Positions 13,501 to 22,792 of a stretch of DNA of 64,000 bases are shown here, one piece after another. Source of the stretch: Anaerolineales bacterium (GTDB taxonomy: Bacteria > Chloroflexota > Anaerolineae > Anaerolineales > E44-bin32); contig JBFFQB010000001.1 in the NCBI GenBank assembly GCA_041573795.1, positions 82,876-146,875 on the forward strand, given 5' to 3'. Position numbers and translations under genes: made by a program. The notes below the pieces were generated by a model. It was given only the letters and a program-made list of their open reading frames with translations. It did not search any database and was not told the DNA's origin. Numbering within the stretch: the stretch's first letter is position 1; each line of letters starts with the position of its first letter.

Positions 13501-13629
13501 TTTGCTTCTCCCATGAAGGCTTGCCTTCCTAGTGTAAACCGTTGGGTAAAGTCTCTAAAAGGAAGAGGATCACACGGAGCCCTGTCGATTATCGTTGCCT
13601 TTTTAGGTTGCGCCATTTTGTGAGTGTGC

Positions 13630-14280
13630 TCAAGCATCCGCATATGCTCTGCGGATCGGTTCGAAGGAACGACGGTGAATCGGGGATGGCCCCAATTGAT
13701 GCAGGGCCGTCTGATGTTGACGGGTGCCATAACCCTTGTGTTGAGAGAATCCAAAATGCGGGTATTGCCGATCGAATGCAACCATTAATCGGTCGCGCGC
13801 GACTTTGGCAATCACCGAGGCCGCGGCAATTGATAAGACCGTACGGTCACCGCGCGGGATGGCGGTTTGGTCGATCCCGACATCGCCAATCAGGATGTAA
13901 TCGATTAAGAGATGTTTCACCTCGAGGGGCAAAGCCCGAACCGCGCGTTGCATCGCCAGTCGTGTTGCTGGGAGGATTCCGATTTGATCGATCTCACTTG
14001 AAGAAGCCTTGCCTATTGCCACGGAACAGGCGATCTGGCGAATGTGGTGATCCCAATGCTCTCGGCGTGCAGGGGTGAGCAGCTTTGAGTCTTGCAGTCC
14101 CTCTAATTGGTGCTGCAATGCAGATCCAGGATGTGGCAAGATAACGGCTGCGGCGATGACCGGGCCTGCCCAGGCTCCCCGACCGGCCTCGTCAATACCC
14201 GCGATCGTTTCTATACCGTGCTGATAAAACCCGGCCTCCAGATGGTTATCAGGAGATCGATCTGATTTAATCGCCATCAT
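13630..14280 (-). CDS. rnhB: ribonuclease HII
   Basis: IAGIDEAGRGAWAGPV catalytic motif. The long upstream extension of this ORF overlaps the GT2 gene and is discarded. Start at MMAIK overlaps the GT2 stop by 14 nt. Confidence 0.9.
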   Translation of the reverse strand: MMAIKSDRSPDNHLEAGFYQHGIETIAGIDEAGRGAWAGPVIAAAVILPHPGSALQHQLEGLQDSKLLTPARREHWDHHIRQIACSVAIGKASSSEIDQIGILPATRLAMQRAVRALPLEVKHLLIDYILIGDVGIDQTAIPRGDRTVLSIAAASVIAKVARDRLMVAFDRQYPHFGFSQHKGYGTRQHQTALHQLGPSPIHRRSFEPIRRAYADA

Positions 14281-14992
14281 ACAACCCTCGCAGCGCATTC
14301 CAGCGGATGCGAAAGAGATCGGCGAGCATGTAGATCGAATCGCGCAGAACTCGAACACGACTGCCCGGGTTGTAATACCACGGGATTGGGACTTCGATGA
14401 CACGATAGCCACGCCGCATCGCCAGGAAGAGGATTTCAACGTCAAAGGTCCATCCATGGATGGTTTGATATGAGAACAAATCCAGGGCGACCTCAGCCCG
14501 AAAACATTTGAAACCACACTGGGTATCCTGAAGACCAGGCAAGGTGATGACCCGGACGAGCCAGTTGAAAACGCGTCCGATCCAATGGCGATAGGCTGGC
14601 TCGCCGTAGCGAATCGCGCCCGGAATTTCACGTGAGGCAATCGCAACGTCATATTGAGGTGATGTGGGGGGCAGGAAACGCTTGACCTCTTCAATCGGCA
14701 TGGATAGATCTGCATCGCAAATAAAGCGGTATTCTCCCTGGGCCGCTAGCATGCCGCTGCGAACGGCCAGACCTTTTCCGGCGCGAGTCTCTTGGATCCA
14801 ATCGATCTGAGGGAATTTACGGGCAGCTTCGCGGGCGATCTCCGCTGTACGGTCGTTGCTTCCGTTTTCAACAATGATGACCTCAGTTTCAAAATCCTGT
14901 GAACGCAGAAAAGCCAGCACCTTATCGAGGCTTGCTGGCAATCGGGTTTCTTCGTTATGAGCCGGAATGATGATGGATAACAGCGGTGGCAA
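14267..14992 (-). CDS. family 2 glycosyltransferase (polyprenyl-phosphate sugar transferase-like)
   Basis: LSIIIPAHNEE N-terminus, DADLS (DXD) motif, about 240 aa GT-A fold. Confidence 0.85.
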   Translation of the reverse strand: MPPLLSIIIPAHNEETRLPASLDKVLAFLRSQDFETEVIIVENGSNDRTAEIAREAARKFPQIDWIQETRAGKGLAVRSGMLAAQGEYRFICDADLSMPIEEVKRFLPPTSPQYDVAIASREIPGAIRYGEPAYRHWIGRVFNWLVRVITLPGLQDTQCGFKCFRAEVALDLFSYQTIHGWTFDVEILFLAMRRGYRVIEVPIPWYYNPGSRVRVLRDSIYMLADLFRIRWNALRGLYDGD

Positions 14993-15017
14993 AGGTCGCT
15001 CCGCGAATCAAGTCCAC

Positions 15018-15905
15018 CTAGTATACCGAATCTGAGAGCACAAGAATGGCAAAGATGCCAATGACAAGAATATCAAGGAGAGCCATCACGCCCAGCAAGA
15101 TCCATTGACGGCGGGTGAAGGGGAATCGCTTGGGCTTAATCTGGCTGAGTGATCGCTGTTGGCGCGGCGAGAGTGCGCCAGCTTCTCCCTGTATTAGCGC
15201 TTGAGAATCGACGCGGGAGCGCTCCGGTAAGTCGATCGGACCAGCAGGCCTTGGGGCAGCTGGCTGAGGTTCTGGCTCTACAGTAGCATCATGCTCACCT
15301 TTGAATTCTTCCGGGTGAAGGAAGGCCTGGCTAAGATCACGGATGTCATCTCGGTCCATGATCGGCTGGAACTGAAGGATGCTGGCGGCGAAACGCTCGA
15401 TCGCGTCGGCAAGCACGATGCGCGCCGGTGTGTTGGAAGTCTCAACATGTGTGCGCGGGTTAGTGAAGATCAGGACGGCCTCAACTTCAGGGAGACCAAA
15501 ACCTATACCGCGCAGGTATGTCAGGGTGGACTGCGCCATTTCAAGGATCTTCCACTGCAGATTTGGCTTGGCCTGCGTGAATCGACGTGAAGTGCCACCA
15601 CCAAACTTCAACCATTCATCGCCTTTGGCCCGGAAGACCCCTTGCACGGAGGTGGTAAGAAAAGCACGTACACCTTGAGGGCTAAGAACGAGTAAAGGCA
15701 CTACGAGGGCGGTATCAGGAATCGGCACACTTGTCAGGGCAACATGTTCGTCACCCAGGGATTTACTCAGCTTCCGCACGGCGGTGTCGATTGCCTGCAT
15801 TTCAGCATACCAGGAGAGCCCGTTCTGCAGTGTGCCGCGCACGCGCTGCTCCAGGCTGATTCGACCTTCTTCATCTCGAAAGGGTGAGCATTCAATCCGT
15901 TTCAT
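15018..15905 (-). CDS. NERD-like domain protein with Pro-rich linker and C-terminal TM anchor
   Basis: The pattern LLVLSPQGVRAFLTTSVQGVFRAKGDEWL...AKPNLQW resembles the NERD core. C-terminal helix WILLGVMALLDILVIGIFAILVL. Confidence 0.5.
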   Translation of the reverse strand: MKRIECSPFRDEEGRISLEQRVRGTLQNGLSWYAEMQAIDTAVRKLSKSLGDEHVALTSVPIPDTALVVPLLVLSPQGVRAFLTTSVQGVFRAKGDEWLKFGGGTSRRFTQAKPNLQWKILEMAQSTLTYLRGIGFGLPEVEAVLIFTNPRTHVETSNTPARIVLADAIERFAASILQFQPIMDRDDIRDLSQAFLHPEEFKGEHDATVEPEPQPAAPRPAGPIDLPERSRVDSQALIQGEAGALSPRQQRSLSQIKPKRFPFTRRQWILLGVMALLDILVIGIFAILVLSDSVY

Positions 15906-16061
15906 GGAATTCCCCTTTCAGGGGGGTTAAAGCAGGGTATTCGTACGCCCACGCTGGGGCTTTTCCAGTTTGCATCAGCATACCCGCCTATCATCTGCAA
16001 GATTAATGCCAGCAGTAGTGGGTTGGCAGGCTTCACATTGATTATAAGTCAGGCCATCTCG

Positions 16062-16091
16062 CAGACAAGTTAACCTCAGAAGCGCTATAAT
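16062..16091 (+). promoter_or_regulatory. candidate promoter giving a leaderless nfeD transcript
   Basis: TATAAT at 16086-16091 lies 6 nt before the ATG at 16098 with no SD in between. Weak -35 CAGACA at 16062-16067 (18-nt spacer). Confidence 0.4.
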
Positions 16092-16097
16092 TTAGTT

Positions 16098-17420
16098 ATG
16101 TTGAAACGATCGCCGCTTCTGCTGCTCCTCGTAGCTTTGGTCTTCCTGGGGGCAATGTATCAGTCTGCCCAGGCACAGGAAGAGCGTCAGGTGTTTCTGC
16201 TCACCCTGAAGGGGCCGTTGACGCCCGCCATGGTTGGTTATTTGGAGCGTGGAATTTCGAACGCGTCTCGTGAAGCTGCCGAAGCGATTGTACTCCAACT
16301 GGATACACCTGGCGGATCAGTCGAGCTGATGAACCGCATGGTGCAAGCGATGCGCGCCAGCCGGGTACCGGTGATCGTGTATGTCAGTCCAAGCGGAGCA
16401 ATTGCGGGAAGCGCCGGCACCGTGATCACGCTAGCGGGTCACATTGCGGCCATGGCGCCCCAGACCGCTATCGGGGCGGCAAGCCCTGTCGGCGGCCAAG
16501 GCGAAGATTTGGGTGAGACAATCGCAGTGAAGGAGAAGGAAATCCTTAAAGCCACTGTTCGCAGCCTGGCCGAAGGGCGTGGAGAAGCCGCGATCGCACT
16601 GGCAGAGGCTGCGATTGAAGAGGCGAAGGCAGCCTCAGCTTCTGAGGCGCTGAATGTCAGCCTGGTCGATTTTATCGCTGAGGATCTTGAAGATCTCCTG
16701 GTTCAAGTGGATGGCTTCTTGGTCGATGCACAGGGCGAGAAGACTCTGGCGACGGCAGAGGCTGAAGTTGTCGAAATTCCCCAGCGTTTCATTGAACAAT
16801 TCCTTCAGGTGTTGACCAATCCCAACATTGTTTTCCTCTTAATTACAATTGGCGTTCAGGCGCTCCTAATTGAGATCTCAAGCCCAGGAGGCTGGATCGC
16901 TGGTTTCATCGGGGTTGTTTGCCTGGCGCTGGGCACCTATGGTCTTGGTATCTTGCCGGTTAACTGGTTTGGTTTGGCCTTTATCGCTACATCCTTTGTA
17001 TTATTCATCCTCGAGGTGAAAGCGCCCACGCATGGAGCTCTTACCGTGGCCGGTTTGGCATCGTTTATCATCGGTGCTCTGGTCTTGTTCAACTCTCCTG
17101 AGACTCCATCTTTCCTGCGTGTCTCTGTACCGCTGGTCATCGGCACAGGGCTAGCGACGGCAGCGTTTTTCATCGGGATACTAACCTTCGCCATCCGTGC
17201 ACAGTTACGCCCAGTTGAGGTTGGACGTGAAGCGCTTGTCGGCCGTATTGGCGAAAGCCGTACGAGTATGTCGCCGACTGGAATGGTACATGTTGCTGGT
17301 GAGCTCTGGACGGCAATCCTGGAAGATGATTCGGCGAAACTCGATCCAGGGGTACGCGTTGAGGTCGTTGGCATGGATGGGCTGCGATTACGGGTGAAAC
17401 CCATTTCGAAGAAGCAATAG
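16098..17420 (+). CDS. NfeD-family membrane-bound serine protease (ClpP-class, long form)
   Basis: Signal sequence, ClpP-like domain (TPGGSVELMNRMVQAM...GSAGTVITLAGHIAAMAP), four TM helices, C-terminal NfeD OB domain. Confidence 0.85.
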   Translation: MLKRSPLLLLLVALVFLGAMYQSAQAQEERQVFLLTLKGPLTPAMVGYLERGISNASREAAEAIVLQLDTPGGSVELMNRMVQAMRASRVPVIVYVSPSGAIAGSAGTVITLAGHIAAMAPQTAIGAASPVGGQGEDLGETIAVKEKEILKATVRSLAEGRGEAAIALAEAAIEEAKAASASEALNVSLVDFIAEDLEDLLVQVDGFLVDAQGEKTLATAEAEVVEIPQRFIEQFLQVLTNPNIVFLLITIGVQALLIEISSPGGWIAGFIGVVCLALGTYGLGILPVNWFGLAFIATSFVLFILEVKAPTHGALTVAGLASFIIGALVLFNSPETPSFLRVSVPLVIGTGLATAAFFIGILTFAIRAQLRPVEVGREALVGRIGESRTSMSPTGMVHVAGELWTAILEDDSAKLDPGVRVEVVGMDGLRLRVKPISKKQ

Positions 17421-17475
17421 TTGACTTGATACACATGAGCTTGTACACTGTCGCCAAGGTAATAAGGAGGGCACG

Positions 17476-18060
17476 ATGACGGCTTCATCCTTCCGCATGA
17501 TCGTGCGTACAGGCCCGAACCCGGGCACGACCTATGACCTGACGAAAGAGGTCTCCCTGCTTGGCCGGGATGTCAGCAATGAGATAATCCTGGGCGATGC
17601 TGAGATCTCACGTCAACACGCACGTCTCACACGTACTCCAGGAGGGTATGTTTTAGAGGATCTTGGTTCTACCAATGGAACCTTTGTAAATGGTGAGCGC
17701 CTGATGGCGCCCAGGGTCCTCAACCCCGGTGATCTGGTCGCGCTCGGCGAAAACGTAAGTCTGACTTTTGACGCGGCAACGCCAGAAGCAGCCGCCACGG
17801 TCGCCAGCGATGTTGCCCAGCCAGCTCAAGCTGTGGCTCAGCCCGCCCAAGCTGCCCCTGCAGCCGCGCCACCAGTCCAGGCTGCGCCTGCACATGTTCC
17901 CGCGCAAGCACCGGTTGAAAAGAAGCGTCGATCACCCTGGATATTCGCTGGTATCGGTTGTTTTGTGATGATCTTGGCGTGTGGTGGTGTGCTCTGGTTT
18001 ATGGATGCATTCTATCCTGAGACCTTATATGCCCCTCTGCGCTGGTTGGGTTTCTTCTAG
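17476..18060 (+). CDS. FHA-domain protein with Ala/Pro/Gln-rich linker and C-terminal TM helix
   Basis: LGRDVSNEIILGDAEISRQHARL...GSTNGTFVNGERL FHA signature. GGAGGG 5 nt upstream of the ATG. Confidence 0.85.
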   Translation: MTASSFRMIVRTGPNPGTTYDLTKEVSLLGRDVSNEIILGDAEISRQHARLTRTPGGYVLEDLGSTNGTFVNGERLMAPRVLNPGDLVALGENVSLTFDAATPEAAATVASDVAQPAQAVAQPAQAAPAAAPPVQAAPAHVPAQAPVEKKRRSPWIFAGIGCFVMILACGGVLWFMDAFYPETLYAPLRWLGFF

Positions 18061-18198
18061 TCGAACGCCAGCAGTTAATGCTTATTGATAGGGATGGCCA
18101 ACGGCCATCCCCTTTTGTTTCTCCAATGCCACGAAAGTCGTAATCGTGTAACTTTTCATCGTTGCGTGCATCGAAAGAGAGCGTTCAATAAAAGGAGT

Positions 18199-18621
18199 AT
18201 GACGACGATGGATATGGAGATCACCTTTCCCGGGGGCGCACGCGTTGATGCGAATTTTGGACAGTTCACGGTTCGTACGGATCAACCGCCCATAGCTGGG
18301 GGTGAAGGGACTGCCCCTACACCTTTCGCAGTGTTTCTATCTTCTATCGGAACTTGTGCCGGTATCTATGTCCTTGGATTTCTGCGGAAACGTGGCCTCT
18401 CCACAGACGGTGTGGGCCTGCATCAGCGCATGCAAGTTAATCCGGCCAGCGGCATGGTAAGTGAGATCGAGCTCAATATTCAAGTTCCACCGGATTTCCC
18501 TGAAAAATATCACGAGGCGCTTGTACGCACCGCAGAGCTCTGTGCAGTTAAAAAGCACTTCGAAAATCCTCCCCGCTTCAGCATTAAAACGCAGGTGAGC
18601 GATATGGTTGTAAACGTTTGA
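18199..18621 (+). CDS. OsmC-family protein
   Basis: OsmC-like core (GGEGTAPTPFAVFLSSIGTCAGIYV, LCAVKKH). Start uncertain between ATG 18199 and ATG 18208. Confidence 0.8.
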   Translation: MTTMDMEITFPGGARVDANFGQFTVRTDQPPIAGGEGTAPTPFAVFLSSIGTCAGIYVLGFLRKRGLSTDGVGLHQRMQVNPASGMVSEIELNIQVPPDFPEKYHEALVRTAELCAVKKHFENPPRFSIKTQVSDMVVNV

Positions 18622-18655
18622 GGTTTTTTGATTACAATCAAGGGTGGAGGTCGCT

Positions 18656-19447
18656 ATGTCACGCTACCCTTCCACCCTTTTTTCGTTTTTCTTAACCTTG
18701 CTCGTCGCCAGCTGTTCCGGAGTACAACCCGGGGACGACCAACGATCATCTACGCCTCTTTATACGCCTATATCTGACGAAGTCTTCCAACTGAACGACG
18801 AAGATTTCATTGAAGCACGTCAGCGCATGGTTGAGTTAGGCATCATTGCCTATGGCATTGAGGACGCCAGTGTCATTGATGTTATGCGCCGAGTCCCCCG
18901 ACATGAGTTTGTGCGGCCGGCCCAACTGGACCTTGCATATGCAAACCACCCTCTTCCGATTGGCTATGGCCAAACGATTTCGCAACCATTTATTGTGGCT
19001 TTAATGACCCAGGAACTTGATCTTGTCGCTGGCGAGAAAGTATTAGAGATTGGTACAGGATCGGGCTATCAAGCCGCAGTATTGGCTGAAATGGGAATTG
19101 ATGTCTATACGATTGAGATCATCACAGAATTGGCTCAAGAGGCGGAGGAGCGCTTGCAACGCCTGGGCTACTCTGACATTCAGCTGCGGAATGATGATGG
19201 CTACTATGGTTGGTCCGAGCAAGCCCCATTCGATGCAATCATCGTCACAGCAGCCCCGGATCATGTACCCCAACCACTAATCGAGCAACTTGCTGAGGGC
19301 GGTGTGATGGTTATCCCCGTAGGACCGATTGGCGGGATCCAGGAATTGTGGCGAATAACCAAGACGACATCGGGCGATATTGTCACAACAAGCTTGGGTG
19401 GCGTTCGTTTTGTTCCGTTTACCCGGACCGGGAAGCCAACGGATTAG
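18656..19447 (+). CDS. pcm: protein-L-isoaspartate O-methyltransferase with lipoprotein-type signal
   Basis: GYGQTISQPFIVALM and VLEIGTGSGYQAAVLA motifs. N-terminal LLVASC lipobox-like signal. GGAGG 5 nt upstream of ATG 18656. Confidence 0.9.
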   Translation: MSRYPSTLFSFFLTLLVASCSGVQPGDDQRSSTPLYTPISDEVFQLNDEDFIEARQRMVELGIIAYGIEDASVIDVMRRVPRHEFVRPAQLDLAYANHPLPIGYGQTISQPFIVALMTQELDLVAGEKVLEIGTGSGYQAAVLAEMGIDVYTIEIITELAQEAEERLQRLGYSDIQLRNDDGYYGWSEQAPFDAIIVTAAPDHVPQPLIEQLAEGGVMVIPVGPIGGIQELWRITKTTSGDIVTTSLGGVRFVPFTRTGKPTD

Positions 19448-19511
19448 AATAAGAGTGAATGATGAGCTTGCTAACATAGTCATGGCAGCGAATCTTGACC
19501 TGGCCCCCTGC

Positions 19512-21896
19512 CTAAACTCCGCGCCAATTGCTACTCGCGAAAAGCACGATAGCGTAGCATAGCGCTCCGATCCCCAGTGTTATTTGGAAGCCTAAATCCA
19601 TTAAGCCCAACGAGGCTAGAACTCCGGAAATGCCTGATGTAGCGCCATTGATCGCCCAAGCCCAGGGAATGATCCCTGGAGTTTGCGCCTCTATCACGCG
19701 CATGCCGGCTGCAAAGGGGATGCCCATCAAGAAACCCGTTGGAGCGAGCCAAAGTATCGTGACCACCATGCGCATATTGAGTGAAAGGGTCAACCCATGT
19801 CGAACGATGGTCGGCAAAAGGAAAATATTGAGAAGCAGGAAACCGAGCAACAGGGCCAATGCCTTTCTTAGAGGGATGCGCCTGGAGAGAAAGCTGCCCA
19901 TACCCGAGGCCAACAGCAGCGTGAAGAGCACAAGCCCGAAGGCGAGAATAGGATAATCGAGAAGCAGGTTCATGCGAAGGATGAGAGGGATCTCCACCAA
20001 CATAAATCCTGCTCCCAGACCACCAAAATACAGCCACACTCGGTACGATGGAAGCGTTCTTTCAGGATCCCTGCGGATGGACAACCAGGGGAACAGTACG
20101 AGCGGAGTTGATAGCAAAAGCATCAAGGCCAGCATGGCGACGATGACGAAGTATCCACTCCCTCCAAAGGGTTGCCAGAGCATTCCCATGGTTGCTAGGA
20201 CCTGGGAAGATTGTGACCAGCGGAAAAAATGGAAGAAGTAGGGGCGATCATCAGTTGTGGGCTCAAGCCGGAAATCATAACTTCGAATGGTGGATTGGGG
20301 CGCCTCTAACAGCGCTTTAAATAAGCGAGAGTAGACAGGTTCGGGTAAGCGATTGAATTGATTTGTTTCCGCTTCAACAAGATCTGGGAGGTAGATGGGG
20401 TCAAAGGCATTTTCTCTCAAGAAATCACGTATCGATGTTAACTCCGCCTTCGTAAAAGGTTGTTTGCTAATGAGGATTGAGGCTGTTCTCATACCGCGAT
20501 ATGCCACGAGATGCGGGGCAGATTCATTGACATCCAGCTGGCTCATCGCCTGAATTACAGTGGACCAGACACGGGTTGCTTCGCTAGGGGGTGTGCCAAC
20601 CCAGCGTGTGATGATAATCAAGCCATTAGTGGAAAGGCGCTCCCATGCTGCCATGAAAGCCTCACGCGTGAGGAGATAGTCTTCGGTCAGGCTGAAAGCG
20701 CCAGAAGTAATCGGTCGGTAAGGATCTTTAAGTGCCCATTCGATAATGGTGTAGTTCTGGTCTTTTAAGGCAAGTACGCCCCGACTGGACCTGGGAATGA
20801 TGTGGATGCGCTTATCGGAAAGATAATTTCCGCTTGCGACGCTGAACTTACTGGTCAATAGAGCAGGTATGAGTGGTTGATCCGTCGGTAAGGAGACCTT
20901 CTCTACTCCCAAAGCCAGCGCAGCTTGGACAGCGAGACCGGTACCCGGATCAACGATCAGTACCTCCGCGCCGGGACGTAGAAGGTAGGCAAGCGCAGCG
21001 GGCAAGTGTTGTGCGAAAAGGAAGTCTTCGCTTGATTTGAGATCACCTTTCGTGATGGGGTAAGGACCTTCACCGTCAATGAAAAGTCCCATTTGCTCAA
21101 GCTCTGGCGCAGCGGATGTCAAACTCAATCCAGGAAAGGAATGGATACCACGGCTCTCAAGCACATCGATGCGAGCAGAGGCGTTTCTCTCTGTTGCCAC
21201 GATCCGGGCTCCAGGAAATTGTCGGGAAACACTCAGAGGTTTATAGGGAGATAGGCGTAAGCGTAAAGGATTAAGTGGCCATAGAAACGCGACGCACAGC
21301 AACGACGCAATCGAGACAAAAAGTGCTCGGCGGATATTGTCCGTCTCTACCAAAGCGGTCGCCAAAAAACCAACTGCAATAGAGATCCCGAGCGCTCCTT
21401 CTTCGCTGGTTAACTGTAAACCTATGAGCGCAACCAGACATCCCGCGGAAGCTCCGATCAAATTAGCGGCGTAAGGACGAAAAGCGGCTTGACCCGCCGC
21501 GCGCAGCGCTTGCCCTATGAACCACCCGGCAAAAAGGAATGGAAGCCCGGCGGAGGCAAAGTAGAGCAGCAGGATCCACAGTTGAGTACGATCCCAGACA
21601 ATGCTGAAGGAATCGAAGGGCAAGTAATTAATGATCAAATATGCCAGCAAGGTGGAGAGCGCGAAACTGCTGGCCAGCCATGTGCGTCGCACTCGAATCC
21701 TGGACAGCGATAAGGCGACACCGCTAGCGGCGTAGCCCATTACCGCCAGGCTGATGACGATAAAGGCAAAATGATGAAACTGTTGAACGGAGAATATACG
21801 TGTGAGGCAGATCTCGTAGGCCAGGCTAGCGGCTGAGATCATGATCAAGCTAATTGTCTCATTTAAGCGCATAACAGGCTCTCCGATTTCGCTCAA
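19512..21896 (-). CDS. polytopic membrane protein with central spermidine-synthase/SAM-MTase-like domain
   Basis: Multiple TM helices at both ends, central Rossmann-like segment (VLIVDPGTGLAVQAALALG). True start may be the internal Met at 21872. Confidence 0.6.
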   Translation of the reverse strand: MSEIGEPVMRLNETISLIMISAASLAYEICLTRIFSVQQFHHFAFIVISLAVMGYAASGVALSLSRIRVRRTWLASSFALSTLLAYLIINYLPFDSFSIVWDRTQLWILLLYFASAGLPFLFAGWFIGQALRAAGQAAFRPYAANLIGASAGCLVALIGLQLTSEEGALGISIAVGFLATALVETDNIRRALFVSIASLLCVAFLWPLNPLRLRLSPYKPLSVSRQFPGARIVATERNASARIDVLESRGIHSFPGLSLTSAAPELEQMGLFIDGEGPYPITKGDLKSSEDFLFAQHLPAALAYLLRPGAEVLIVDPGTGLAVQAALALGVEKVSLPTDQPLIPALLTSKFSVASGNYLSDKRIHIIPRSSRGVLALKDQNYTIIEWALKDPYRPITSGAFSLTEDYLLTREAFMAAWERLSTNGLIIITRWVGTPPSEATRVWSTVIQAMSQLDVNESAPHLVAYRGMRTASILISKQPFTKAELTSIRDFLRENAFDPIYLPDLVEAETNQFNRLPEPVYSRLFKALLEAPQSTIRSYDFRLEPTTDDRPYFFHFFRWSQSSQVLATMGMLWQPFGGSGYFVIVAMLALMLLLSTPLVLFPWLSIRRDPERTLPSYRVWLYFGGLGAGFMLVEIPLILRMNLLLDYPILAFGLVLFTLLLASGMGSFLSRRIPLRKALALLLGFLLLNIFLLPTIVRHGLTLSLNMRMVVTILWLAPTGFLMGIPFAAGMRVIEAQTPGIIPWAWAINGATSGISGVLASLGLMDLGFQITLGIGALCYAIVLFASSNWRGV

Positions 21897-22246
21897 AGGA
21901 GAGATGCACCTGACAAATATGGCCCTAGAAGTCTCGCATTACCAAAATCCCAGGGGTATTCGATATGCTTTGGAGTATACATGCAGTGTTCGATATTGGC
22001 GTCAGTACGACGTCTTGTCTTGATCACCTTTGGTTTGATTTCCCCTGCAGATAGCCTTGAAACGGTGAACGATCGAAGCCTTCCTGGAGGCGATAAGGCC
22101 CAGGTTGCCTTCGCCCAAGATGAGCCTGCCCCTAAATGATCTGTGAAAAGGATTGCATGAGAGCTCTTACTAACATTTTCCGCCATAGCCTCAGATAACT
22201 ATAAGTGGACGTGTTAATACTTTTCCAACATGATCTTTGCATTTCT

Positions 22247-22272
22247 CTGACATTGAATCGATAGGATGTCAG
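22247..22272. promoter_or_regulatory. inverted repeat CTGACAT-N12-ATGTCAG upstream of hsp20
   Basis: Perfect 7-bp arms at 22247-22253 and 22266-22272, about 48 nt upstream of the hsp20 ATG. Confidence 0.4.
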
Positions 22273-22319
22273 TAGTTAAGGTCGATCCAATACATCAATA
22301 TATTTGAGGAGTGGTAAAG

Positions 22320-22715
22320 ATGACGTACTACATGGTTCCGCGACGTTCACGCAGATATAACGAATATCGTCCTGTTGGCTTCAATGGCGGCCGACGCATG
22401 TCCGTTGACGTGCATGCCAGCCCGGAGGAGTATCTGATCACCGCTGAGGTGCCCGGATTGACAGCTGATGATCTGAAGATCGAAATTCTCGATGATGTGG
22501 TGACGCTTGCGGGCGATCTGCACACGGAAGAAAACGGTGAGGGCGATGCCCTCCTGCAAGAACTGCCCCAGGGCAGCTTCAAGCGCAGCCTTCGTTTCTC
22601 CGAGCCGCTCGACGCTGAGAAAGCTGAAGCACAGCTGGAGAACGGATTATTGAAACTGCGCATTCCGAAGAGCGAGGAAGCCCGACCAAAGACCATTAAG
22701 GTCAAAGCTTCATAA
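22320..22715 (+). CDS. Hsp20/alpha-crystallin small heat-shock protein
   Basis: Alpha-crystallin domain (VDVHASPEEYLITAEVPGLTADDLKIEILDDVVTLAG...GLLKLRIPK). GAGGAG 9 nt upstream of ATG 22320. Confidence 0.9.
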   Translation: MTYYMVPRRSRRYNEYRPVGFNGGRRMSVDVHASPEEYLITAEVPGLTADDLKIEILDDVVTLAGDLHTEENGEGDALLQELPQGSFKRSLRFSEPLDAEKAEAQLENGLLKLRIPKSEEARPKTIKVKAS

Positions 22716-22792
22716 GCTACATAACTTTTGTGCGGTAAAATGGGCGGCGCAAGCCGCCCATTTGACTCAACAACCTCCACCGCAGGACTGAC

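Noticed and set aside
14281-14715. N-terminal 145-aa extension of the RNase HII ORF
   Set aside because: It overlaps the well-supported GT2 gene in another frame. The RNase HII homology only begins near MMAIK (14280).
16937-17488. 183-aa minus-strand ORF
   Set aside because: It is antisense to the well-supported nfeD gene, has a Ser/Pro/Thr/Arg-rich composition and no RBS.
21893-22186. 97-aa minus-strand ORF upstream of the spermidine-synthase-like gene
   Set aside because: No RBS and an atypical composition. The apparent 4-nt overlap depends on a doubtful TTG start of the downstream gene. Treated as non-coding.
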